A DNA stretch of 64,000 nucleotides from Felis catus (Eukaryota). The stretch spans positions 139,688,001-139,752,000 of the forward strand of contig NC_058368.1 of NCBI RefSeq assembly GCF_018350175.1. Direction: 5' to 3'. Below are positions 14,281 to 24,687 of this stretch, piece by piece (positions within the stretch are counted from its first letter, which is position 1; each line of letters opens with the position of its first letter). The notes beneath the pieces are model-generated. The model was not told the origin of the DNA. It saw only the letters and a list, made by a program, of their open reading frames with translations, and did no database searches. The translations under genes and the position numbers were made by a program.

Positions 14281-14590
14281 GGAGGCGCGACAGCCGAGCG
14301 GGAGACCGGCCCCCGCTCCCTGAGCTGCGCCGGAGGAGGCGCCCAGTAGCCGGGGTGAAGGGTCGGGAGATGGCGAAGGGAAGAGTGCCCGCTCCGGCGC
14401 CGGGGGGAGCTGGAGGAAGCACGAAGTCCGGCCGCTGCGCCGCCGCCGCCGCGCCTGACACCGAGCGGACCGGGGAAGGAGGACAAGCGGCGAAGGAAGC
14501 CTGCCCTTCCAGCCGTCAGCAGCCGCCGTCGCCGTGACCCCTGCGCTGCGCCCGGCGCCACCACCCGAACTCAGCCCCCTCAATGCCAAT
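14281..14590 (-). CDS. CERT1: In-frame, stop-free N-terminal extension of CERT1 (long GPBP isoform region)
   Basis: 103 open codons lie upstream of the canonical ATG (...[47 protein letters not shown]...GCRAS), with no ATG inside. ACG codons occur at -85 and -83 in G-3/G+4 context. It resembles the recalled human long isoform. Confidence 0.7.
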
Positions 14591-14650
14591 CTCGTAGAAG
14601 GAAAAGGAAAGAAGGGGAAAGAAAATCCAGTTGCAGAGACACGGGTCCAC

Positions 14651-14674
14651 TCACACCTCCGCTACCGCCGCCAT
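14651..14674 (-). other. Short uORF MAAVAEV* in the CERT1 5' leader, overlapping a YY1-type motif
   Basis: Minus strand reads AAG ATG GCG GCG GTA GCG GAG GTG TGA, with strong Kozak context (A-3, G+4). AAGATGGCGGC is the YY1 consensus. Confidence 0.6.
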
Positions 14675-14817
14675 CTTCCTGCCTGGCCCACTATTTACCC
14701 TCCCCTCCCCTTTCCCCTCCCCTTCGTCCTCCCATTCTCCCCCTGCTCCCCGCCCCGTCCCCCTCCCAACGTCTGACGAATCACGCCGAGGGCTGGAGGT
14801 CCCCTCCCGCACCCTAC

Positions 14818-14900
14818 CTCCGGTTCTCCCAGGTGACGCCGGGTAGAAAGGTGGGAGGAGCGGAGAAAGGAGAAGGGGTGGGGTCTCCGTTCTGTTGCAT
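14818..14900 (-). CDS. CERT1: Putative upstream alternative first coding exon of CERT1
   Basis: ATG at 14900 translates [27 protein letters not shown] plus AG, then donor AG|GTAGGG (phase 2). It joins in frame to AG acceptors at 14592-14591 or 14580-14579. Similar to the recalled human isoform start [33 protein letters not shown]. Confidence 0.55.
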
Positions 14901-14970
14901 TCTGGGAAAGACGCTGCTCCTTGGGCCGTTCAGTCGTCTGGGAGTTGTAGTCACGATCCTGAGGTAACGG
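14830..14970 (+). other. POLK: POLK non-coding exon 1 (5' UTR; start approximate)
   Basis: ATG-free segment in the CpG island ending at donor CGG|GTGAGT (GT at 14971). An alternative donor GAG|GTAACG lies at 14964. The TSS cannot be fixed from sequence. Confidence 0.65.
14896..14951 (-). promoter_or_regulatory. Two ZNF143 (SBS)-type motifs
   Basis: Minus strand TTTCCCAGAATGCA (14896-14909) and ACTACAACTCCCAGA (14937-14951). These motifs are typical of bidirectional promoters. Confidence 0.7.
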
Positions 14971-15703
14971 GTGAGTGTTCCGCGCCAGCAAGGCTCGTAT
15001 CCTTAGGGACCGGTGGAGTGGTGGGAGGGCTTCGTTTGACAGCTGTGTGACCCACCTCCTCGGCCACGATTCTGTCTCTGCTTAGAGTGTTTATGACGAG
15101 CCTGCTGAGCTTGCGGGCCCGGACGTGAGATAACTCTCCGCTGAGGATGCCGGGCCTGCCTCCCATGGCGGTTTCCTGGAAGCCGGGGAGTATCGAGCCG
15201 CTTTCCTGGGTGGGGATGTACGGGGCTCTTCTGCTTCAACCACGGGCCGGGGGTTTGCGACCTTTCTAGTGAGAAAGAGGTTTCATTCTGCCAACCCCAC
15301 CCCCCTGCAAATTTTGACGGTCTTTCATCTCGCTCTTGAGAAGTTAAACTTAGCGCTTGACGTTTCCCGCCTTTGAAGGAAGAATTTTCAGTCACTTCTA
15401 ACATGGGCAAGTACTTCGCATTATTAGATTTACAGAGTGTCCTTTTTGTGGAAAGTAAGTTGAAGATATCAAAGAATAAATGACGTTTGTGGAATTTTAA
15501 AAGTAAAATGAGAATGTGAAATGATAGCCTGGAGTTTAAGTTTTAAATAAGTATCTTCCTGAGAGCTAGGTTAACCATCTCTACGGACCTATCTCTGTCT
15601 GAGACGTAGGGAAGGTTGTAGAGTAGAAACTTTACGAGAAAAACCAAAATGCAGTAGTCTTATTGAATAATAAGAGATTAGACAAAATAGGACTAGAATT
15701 GAA

Positions 15704-15930
15704 GGGGTGCCTGGGTGGCTCCGTCTGTTGAGTGTCCGCCTCCTGCTTTTGGCTCGGGTACTGATTGATCCCAGGCTTATGGGATCCAGCCACCCACCCC
15801 TCCTCCCCGGTTGGGCTGGTACTGAGGGTGGAGCCTACTCAAGATTCATTCTCTCCCTCTCTCCCTCTCCCCCCCCCCCCGCCCCTTTCCTCTGTTCACG
15901 CGTTCTCTAAAATTTAAAAAAAAATTTTTT
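15704..15930 (+). mobile_element. CAN-SINE
   Basis: Head GGGGTGCCTGGGTGGCTC, pyrimidine tract and tail. Confidence 0.85.
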
Positions 15931-16604
15931 TCTAAGGCTAGAATTAGGAAGACCAAAAGAAGATATAATAGATCTTGGTCTATTTTTACATAAATTATAA
16001 GGATAATTTTTATTGTGAGATCTTTAATTTTGTAGCTTCAGTTCTTTACGTCTTGTCGATTTCCTAATGATTGCCAACAACAAAATTCGTTACTAAACCT
16101 TAGAGTACCTGCGCACTGCAGGGACTGAGGATGGGAGTGAAATTTTGAGTCTAGGGGAGAAGGCACAGTGGCCAGAAATAACTCTGGTAGGATAGAGGCC
16201 AACTAACTGGGATCTTTGGGAAAAACCAGAATGATAGGAATTGTCTGAGAAGGACCTGTGGTATCTTTTCATTTGCCTGATGCTTATAGATGCTGAGTCT
16301 GTTGTAAATAGGTTGCAGATTGTTTTTCCATTGTAAAATCGAGTAATCATTATTAACAGCCATTCAGATGAATAAAACCTTGAGATAACGCTTTAGAAAA
16401 TACTTTGACAACCTGTTAATTAACACAAAATCCCAAGGTTGTCATTCAAAAGAGAAAAAATCCATGTAGCACATTTTCCTCTTTATTGAATTACTAAATT
16501 ATGTCTTTAGAATTTTGAATACTGTAGCAATTAAGTTTTGTTTTCCCTTTTGATTACCTAATACATATGGTTAGATGTAATATTTGATTCTTTAAAGCTC
16601 TAGG

Positions 16605-16667
16605 TTTTATTTTCATTTTGTTTATTTTTATTTTAGAGAGAGGGAGGGCGAGCTAGGGGGGAAGTGG

Positions 16668-16717
<50 letters not shown>

Positions 16718-16830
16718 ATCCCAAGCAGGCTCCACACTCAGTGCTCAGCCGGACCCCACAGCCTTGGGATCATGACCTGAGCTGAAATTAAGAATCGGTT
16801 GCCCTACCAACTGAGGCACCCAGAGGCCCC
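16605..16830 (-). mobile_element. CAN-SINE with (GA)n
   Basis: Antisense SINE with TSD AAGCTCT. Confidence 0.88.
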
Positions 16831-17767
16831 TTAAGCTCTGAGTTTTAAAAGGACATTAGTCTTAAGGGAATGATTGTGAATTTGAGAAATCTACTTCATA
16901 ATGCAACTTAGAATCTTGAGAGCATAGAATATGTTTATATTGAAATTGAACTTTTTATCATATTTTAGCATTTCTAAGTTTTGTGTGGTTGCAACCATAA
17001 TCACTTACATCTCTGAGGTTCCCACTTTATTCAGTAGGAAATTGTTTCACTGTAGTAGTCTGTTTGTAACTATAGGAGTGGGAGAAGGGGCATGCTGAGA
17101 AATAAATCATTTAACATGTATGAAAGTCCCATTGTTGAACACCAAACATATTATTTCTATTCAAGGGCAAAGCACATGATAAATGTTTAAATGGATGTAT
17201 TAGACTGAATATATTATTTTGTTCCACTAGAAGGTGAGTTCTGTGGGGACAGGAATTAAAATTTTTTTTCATCCATTTTTTTTCATAACTATTTTCTATC
17301 CTTAGTCCCTAGAATAGTGCTCAGCATATATAAGGCATTCATTTGATATAATTCAGGTATTATATCCCATCTTCCAGTTAATAATTTAATTTAACAAACA
17401 TACAATGTGCAGGATACTATGACTGGGTGATTTTAAGATAGTAAAAAGTTAAAAAAGAGGGGCATGGGGGCTTTTCCTTTAAGGAGATTATAACAGAAAA
17501 CAAGGTAAGAAAGGTACACATGTAACTTTAATAGCTGAATACTACTTAAGAGAAGGTAAATGACAGACTGGCAATGACAAACTCTCTTCTTTAATCCTGT
17601 TTTCTAATCCTGCATCTCTGTAGGCCACTTGCCCCAGGTCTTTTTAGTTAAAACAATAGCTATTTGGAATTTTAAAGAAAAAAGGATTGTCCTTATTTGC
17701 TGATCTCCTTATACGAAGTTATCATGTAAGCTATGTAATGAATCTTGTCACATTTAAAATAATATAG

Positions 17768-17906
17768 TGGCACCTGGGTGGCTCTGTGGGTTAAGCTGTT
17801 AAGCCTCTGGCCTCTTGGTTGCCGCTCAGGTCATGAACACACAGTTGGTGAGATCGAACCCCACTTTGGACTCTGTGCTGACAGCTCAGAGCCTGTGTGG
17901 GATTCA

Positions 17907-17969
<63 letters not shown>

Positions 17970-18045
17970 CCCTCCCCCCCCCGCCTCTGTCACGCTCGCA
18001 CTCTCTCAAAATAAACTTTTTAAAAATAAATAAATAAAATAATAT
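17768..18045 (+). mobile_element. CAN-SINE with long (CT)n
   Basis: Head, expanded CT microsatellite, (AAAT)n tail. Confidence 0.9.
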
Positions 18046-18529
18046 AAATTGATAGATCTTTTATGACTTGTTACTGTGTTTGTGACATTCAGCATGTCCC
18101 CTAAATGCAAGTTTAGAAATAAAAGCTACTCTTCAAGTCTCTTTGCCTTTCCAATTTAACCAGAACTGGTTGTTCCTTTAAATGCATTTTTTTTTTCATG
18201 TTTTGAATACTAATTGATCGTATTAGCTTCTCAATGTTCCTGTCAGGACTGTTCAAGAACCATGTAGTTTGTGCCACTATGGTGATTCATGCTAGTTCAG
18301 GGTGAGCAAGCAGACAGTTCCTGAGTGTGAATCCTAGCTGGCCATCCTTAATAATCATGATTTTGGATGCATATTTATACTAACTTAATAAATGACATTA
18401 GTTTAACTAGTTGCTGTTTATTACTATATATATTCCCAACTATTATGCTGTTAAATACATTTGTAAATGGATATTTGCATGTTTATCAAAATGGATATTC
18501 ATTTTTATGGTAGTAAATGCGTCTATGTC

Positions 18530-18950
18530 CTTTTTTTTTTATATAAAAAAAATTTTTTTAACGTTTATTTATTTTTGAAACAGAGAGAGACAGAGCATGA
18601 ACGGGGGAGGGTCAGAGAGAGAGGGAGACACAGAATCTGAAACAAGCTCCAGGCTCTGAGCTGCCAGCACAGAGCCCGACGCGGGGCTCGAACTCACAGA
18701 CCGCAAGATCATGACCTGAGTCAAAGTCGGACACTTAACCGACTGAGCCACCCAGGCGCCCCCCCTTTTTTTTTGAGAGAGAGCAAGTGGGGGAGAGGCC
18801 GGGGGTGGTGGGGGGGGAAGAAAATCCCAAGCAGGCTCCATGCTGACAGCACAGAGACCAATGCAGGGCTCGAACCCATGAACATGAAATCGTGACCTGA
18901 GCCAAAATCAAGAGTCCGATACTTAACCCACTGAGCCACCCAGGCGCCTC
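18530..18950 (-). mobile_element. Two tandem CAN-SINEs
   Basis: Copies at about 18530-18762 and 18763-18950; outer TSD TCTATGTCC. Confidence 0.92.
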
Positions 18951-20210
18951 TCTATGTCCATTTCTGAACAAGTAAACACTAGTTTCAAAAATGTAAAGGG
19001 CTACAAGAAATTTGCATGTTTTCATCTTTTGTGATATTGTACGGAATTATTGTAAAATATCCTTGCAGGTGTATTTACAAAAGTGGATATGCTAAGTGTG
19101 TAAAGTGAATATAGGAATACTGAAGTGGTTGCTCCCCTTTGTATCTTAATCTTTTCTGTTGGTGCAAAAAAAGATTGTATTTTACCTATCTATAATCAAC
19201 ATCTGGCGTGCATATCTTCCAAGTTAACAGTTTTCCAGTTAGACCCAGATCATAACAGGTACATTGGTATCTAGTGTAAGCAACCCAAGTATACTAGTCT
19301 ATGAATGAACTTTAAAGGACTGTCAATTTTCTAAAAGAAAAAGGTAAGTAATTCAGCCAGAAAAATTGAGTTTATCCAAGAATAGCAGAGAAATTGTAGT
19401 TTGTGACAAACCATGGGGAACCATAGGCAAGTCCAGAGAACAGAGAAGAGCTTCCATTTATAAAGGAAAGGAGGAAGTTGGGAGGGGTTATTTTCTACAA
19501 AAGTTCATTGGGGGAAATGAGAGTTTGAAGTGGTGGTGGCTTCTCATTGGCTGCAGGGGAAGGCAGCTTACTGTTGACAGCAAAAGGCCATCTTCTGTCT
19601 TCCTGCTGGACTATGCAAGCTATGATGAGTGATGAGTTTGTGAGAGTCCTCTCTCCATGACTTCCCAACTCCAATTTTACTTTAGGTTTCCTTAATGTAT
19701 TTTCACATTTCCCCCATTTGATAAAGAATTTTCTTTAAAAGCATTGCTGATCAAGAGTTGGGCCATTTCTTCCTTATTAGAGTCATTTTTGTCCATCACT
19801 GCCAGGAAGGACCTTTTCTGGGTGTCATGTCTGCAGATTGGAAACCTTTGAGGCCACTTTTGAGTGACTAGAGGTAAGAGGGAGAACTCTCAGGCATTTC
19901 CCATTTAAAGTCTGTATCTTATTAGGTTGTATCTGTTGGAGATCATCTTGAAATGCTGAACCAGCATCACTCTTTGGAGTATACCATTTCTACAAAGGTT
20001 TGGTAGGCTACAGTATATAATCTAAAAATGATTTTACAAAATAAATAAGAATAATGACCCTAGTTTGTATATTAGTTCTAAACCAGGAGCCCAGACCTGA
20101 AGATAGCCAGCTAAAGAGATCAAAGGGCCATAGATGGTCAGGTGGAATTTGTTGTAGTCAGTATGCTTGTTCTATAATTTTATGAACTTGGGATTTTACT
20201 TCTCCAGAGG

Positions 20211-20396
20211 AATTTAGGTGCAACCTGTGGTGTTTGCTATTTCATAAACATCTTGTTTGGCAAGTAAGTAATCAAGGTCTATGCAATTATCCAAAACTAT
20301 TTTAGCCAACAAGTAAAGTGATCGTTGTTGGACTGCTACTGCCTTACTGGTGGAATCAGCAAGTTTTCCCGGTTACAGAGAGAGATTCTTAATCAT
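20211..20396 (-). pseudogene. Retroviral env TM remnant with immunosuppressive domain
   Basis: MIKNLSL*PGKLADSTSKAVAVQQRSLYLLAKIVLDNCIDLDYLLAKQDVYEIANTTGCT* resembles LDNRIALDYLLAEQGGVC...CC. It contains stops. Confidence 0.8.
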
Positions 20397-22029
20397 TTAT
20401 TCACTGGCATGAACAGCCACCAATGGGATAAGTGTCCTTATGATGGAGGCAAATCCAGAATAATGTATGCCTCCTGGGAGTTCCCATGTAAGGCAACAAT
20501 GAAGGTTTGATGGGGAAGACCAGTAGGAGGACCAATGGAAGGCTTCATTTTTATAGTGGATGTCTGTGGGCTAGTTAGTAAGCCTCCAATCTGCCAACTA
20601 TGTATTTTGGCCCGTTGAGTGGTCCACTTGCCACAGACAGATAAAACCAGGTGGTGCACATAAGACTTTTGCTAGGGTTTGATTATTAATTAATGCCATT
20701 AGTTGGGATTATTCAATTGGACCTTTGAACCAAGGGTCAGTGGTGGTTGGGGAACAATTAGGGAGAAACTGTCCTTTTCGGTGAACTTTATTCTTTTTTT
20801 TTTTTTTAATGTTTGTTTATTTCAGAGAGAGAGAGAGAGAGCAGGGGAGGGGCAGAGAGAGAGGGAGACACAGAAGCCAAAGCAGGCTTCAGGCTCTGAG
20901 CTGTCAGCCCAGAGCCCGACATGAGGATCGAACTCACAAACTGTGAGATCATGACCTGAGCTGAAGTCAGGTGCTTAACTGAGTGAACCACCCTGATGCC
21001 CCTATGGACTTTATTCTTGAAGGGTGTGCAGAGGGGGGTTGTTTTGTTATAGTGAGCCGACCTGTAGTAGTAGAAAGAACAGGGAACCATGTGATTAGTT
21101 GCATCGAGAGCTAGGATAGCAGACAGCTCAAAGCAAAGCACAGGAAAACCTGGTTGTAGAAGTTTGACCCTGTAATATCTAGAGGGGTGTAGGTGTAGTT
21201 AGTGGTCACACTGGAGATGAAGGAAAAGTTTGCTCTGAGGAAGACTAAAGGGTTGCAAGTCTCATGGGCAGATCCAACAGTCAGAAAGGTTTCCCTTTTT
21301 TTTGAGGGATTGGGAAATACGAATGAGAGCATCATCTCATCAGGATAGATAAAGGAGAAAATGAAATGAGAAAAAGCAGAAAGGAGAGAATATACACGCC
21401 TGATCCTGTCATCTTGGGGAAGCTGTCTGCTGTGTTTCATTTCCTAGAAATCTTTAAATTTTTTTTTAAGTTTATTTTGAGAAACAGCGAGCAGGGGAGA
21501 GGGGCAGAGGGACAAAGAGACAGAATCTCAAGCAGGCTCTGTGCTGTCAGCATGGAGCCCCACGTAGGGCTCCATCCCCAAACCCTAGGTATTTGACCTG
21601 AGGTGAAAGCCAGAGTTGGACGCTCAACCAACTGAACTGCCCAGCTGCCCCATATTTCCTGGAAATCTTTAATTTGAGGTCAGCAGTGGATGGCAATTCC
21701 AGTCAGCGTTTGGGCTATCTTTAGATGAGACTTATAAATTCAGGAGTCAGTTCCTTGTAGTTAAGTGGTACAAGGATTGGTTCATAACACTTGATAAGGA
21801 CCTTTTCAGTGTGGTTGAAGAGAGTCTTTTTGGAGATGTCTATTCCAAGAAATGAAATCCTCAGGTTGCATTGTGTGGTGTTTGAAGTTTTCATCTCCCA
21901 AGAATGTGATGTGAAAAGACTGTTCAACTAGAGCATGATTATTTTTGAGGGATGTAATTAGGCCTTTGCAATGTTAAGTATAGCTCCTTTTATTAGGTGC
22001 GGTCAAAAGAGATGGAAGCTAGGGGTATA

Positions 22030-22530
22030 GAGCATCCAGTAATTATCTCAAAGGGTGAGAGCTTATGAGTTCCAAAGGGAGTGGATCTGAGCTTTAGAAG
22101 GACCATCAGTGCTACTTTTGGCCACGGTAGTTAGTTGGAGGGTTTCCACAAATTTCGCCAGTTGAGTTTTGATGATGCAGTTGGTTGGTGTGACTGGTTC
22201 TGAACAATGAGGATGATAGCAGTGAAAATGCTGTAGAACTGGCCAAACAGCATAGACTTGCTGTAATATTTGACCAGCATAATGGGTTCCCCAGTCACTG
22301 TGGAGCTCAGGTAGGGTTCCCCAAATAGGGATGATTTTTTCCCAATAGGATATTAGCTACTGAAGAAGTAGTAGCTTGTCTACATGGAAAGGCTTCAAAC
22401 CAGTGGGAAAACCTGCAAATCATTACCAAGATATATTTGTGTTCATGAGATGGGTGGGTAGCTGAGTACAGCCCGTTTAGAAGACCTCAGATAGTCCTGT
22501 AGATAATTTAAAGTGCCCAGGAGCAGTGTG
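22030..22530 (-). pseudogene. Retroviral integrase remnant
   Basis: Frameshifted translation KYILVMICRFSHWFEAFPCRQAT...IIPIWGTLPELHSDWGTHYAGQILQQV...LRSTPFGTHKLSPFEIITG matches the integrase core pattern. Confidence 0.85.
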
Positions 22531-24469
22531 GACAGAATGCTTGGGTGATTTTTTGAAGAGGGCATCTTGCTATTGCTGGACAAAGGGGAAATCTTCCTGG
22601 TGGACTATGCAAGCTTCCACAAGTGGTATGTGGGTGTTAGTCTTCCCTTCATGGCTTCATGAATCCCAAGTTTGAATTATGCTTCCTTAACACATTTTCA
22701 CAAGATCTATCAGATTTTTTGAATAGTAGAACAAATTTTTGCACTTGGTGAAAACAAAAGACCAAAAATTGACCATAAAATCTAGTTGAATAAAAAACTT
22801 GTAATTAATCTGACCAGATTATGTGCACTCTTTCTATATGAAGGGTCTTCACAGCCAGCCAGCTGCAGAATTTCTCTCTTCTTGCTGCATATGCTGATAC
22901 TATTTTCTTTCTCCTTATTTCTCCCCTTCCCTTGCATTACCATTGTTTATACGTGTTGTGTTTTACTACTGTCTGTTAATATTTTCCCTCTTGTATTACT
23001 TCTCTACCATAGCAGTCATTGGCAGCAGTGATGGGAAAAACAGAGGAAGGAATAGGTGAGAAAGAGTGAGAAGCTAGGAGAAAAAATCTGTAATGGAACC
23101 TTCCATCCTCTTTTAATTGACTCATAGGAAAAAGGAAAGGAAGCTTATGTTATACCCACTCTTAATTTTTACTTCACTCTTGTTTCCTTCCCCAGTATCC
23201 CAAGAGCCCCTAATCCTCTCACATTTTTTCCGGCCTTGTGATTGCTCTTTGTATCCTGGTCTCAAATAAGAGGCTTGATGTTTTCTTCCTACATCTTAAT
23301 CTCATATTTTTGTTTTCCTCCAAGGGGAATAATTATGATTCTAAATGATTAGTAGCAGTAAGTTAAGTTATCCCTGATATGGAGCACAGGCACTGTCAAT
23401 GCTTACTTTTCTTGCTTAACCCACACTCTGTTTGAGTCAAAAGACTTTTATTAACATCAATTATTATTATTATATTATACGTATACAGCTAGGTCTTATT
23501 CTGTTACTCTGATCCCTAAGGTGACTTTGTAAATATGTCTTGGACTCCCTTGTATATTGATTTTCAACTCAAGGACAACTGTATAGGGTGGGGGTGTACT
23601 CAACTGATAACCTTAATGCATTGCATGCACTTACTTAGGAATATGTCATATCCCATAGAAAGTTCTAATACTTGGCAATAAGACAGGGATTTCAGAAACA
23701 GAATTTCAAAGGGCATGTAGGGCTACCCTTTTATCTCATTTCCTGTTGTACAGAGGAGAGCCAAGCCAGGCATGTCCCAAGCAGAAATATTCATTCTTAC
23801 TGTTGAATAAAATTGAAATTGTATTCCTTTATCTTTTATTTTACATCTGTTTGGTTTTGTGGGATAAAAACTTGTCAGGGGTATTTGGTATTTCATGGGT
23901 TTCACTATAACAGTAAAAAATCCTTTAGTCTAAAAAGTACACAGTATGCATCTATTATGGATGAACAGTGCTATTAATATCCACTCTCTCCATGTACACA
24001 TTTTGTTTTTTACCCTCAAGCTTTTGAGTCTCTAACTTTTAACCTCTTTTCCTGTTACATTGAGAAATTCTTTTGTTAAAGTCAGACTATTTAAGCAGTA
24101 TGGTATTTTTAAATATTTGTAGGATCCTCATGATAGTTATTTTGTAAATGTGTTTTGCTTCCTGTTTTTCTCCCCAGCCCTTTCATTGTTTCACTTTTAC
24201 TGTAATTTCAGATCCTCTTCTCCTTAGTCAAGTAAGCTGAAAAATACTGTTATATAACTATACATGTTGTTATGGTGGTACAGTTTATGAACATACAGCT
24301 TATCTTCATCCTCATTTAAGGTATTAAGACCTGCTCTATGATGATCCTGATGGGGATGCTTTAAAAATAAGGGATATATACCACCTATTCCATGGATTCA
24401 TTGTTTTCTAGCATTTTACTGTCTAGGAATACAGGCAATACTTAAGTGTATAAAGATATTGATTTGTTT

Positions 24470-24687
24470 GTTTTTTTTTTTCAACGTTTTTATTTATTTT
24501 TGGGACAGAGAGAGACAGAGCATGAACGGGGGAGGGGCAGAGAGAGAGGGAGACACAGAATCAGAAACAGGCTCCAGGCTCTGAGCCGTCAGCCCAGAGC
24601 CCGACGCGGGGCTCAAACTCACGGACCGCGAGATCGTGACCTGGCTGAAGTCGGACGCTTAACCGACTGCGCCACCCAGGCGCCCCT
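24470..24687 (-). mobile_element. Young felid-type CAN-SINE
   Basis: CpG-intact body (GACCGCGAGATCGTGACCTGGCTGAAGTCGGACGC), long T tract, TSD TGATTTG. Confidence 0.93.

Larger units (their letters stand above)
13700..15400. promoter_or_regulatory. CpG island / bidirectional CERT1-POLK promoter
   Basis: Abrupt GC- and CpG-rich block in an AT-rich, CpG-depleted background, containing the first exons of both genes. GC box CCCCGCCCC at 14748-14756 and TATA-like TAAATA on the minus strand near 14692-14697. Confidence 0.92.
19321..22702 (-). mobile_element. Degenerate, internally deleted class I (gamma-like, ERV1) endogenous retrovirus
   Basis: 3' LTR 19321-19707 (TGTGAAAA...TTGACA) is preceded by polypurine tract AAATGGGGGAAA. 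A matching 5' LTR stub lies at about 22580-22702. Integrase and env TM remnants lie between them, interrupted by two SINEs. Confidence 0.85.

Noticed and set aside
13670..15410. Multiple overlapping ORFs in the CpG island
   Set aside because: Expected from stop-codon scarcity in GC-rich DNA. Only the CERT1 frame has protein-level support.
19900..21900. env remnant as a possible domesticated syncytin-like gene
   Set aside because: It has stops, frameshifts, a broken cysteine motif and two SINE insertions.
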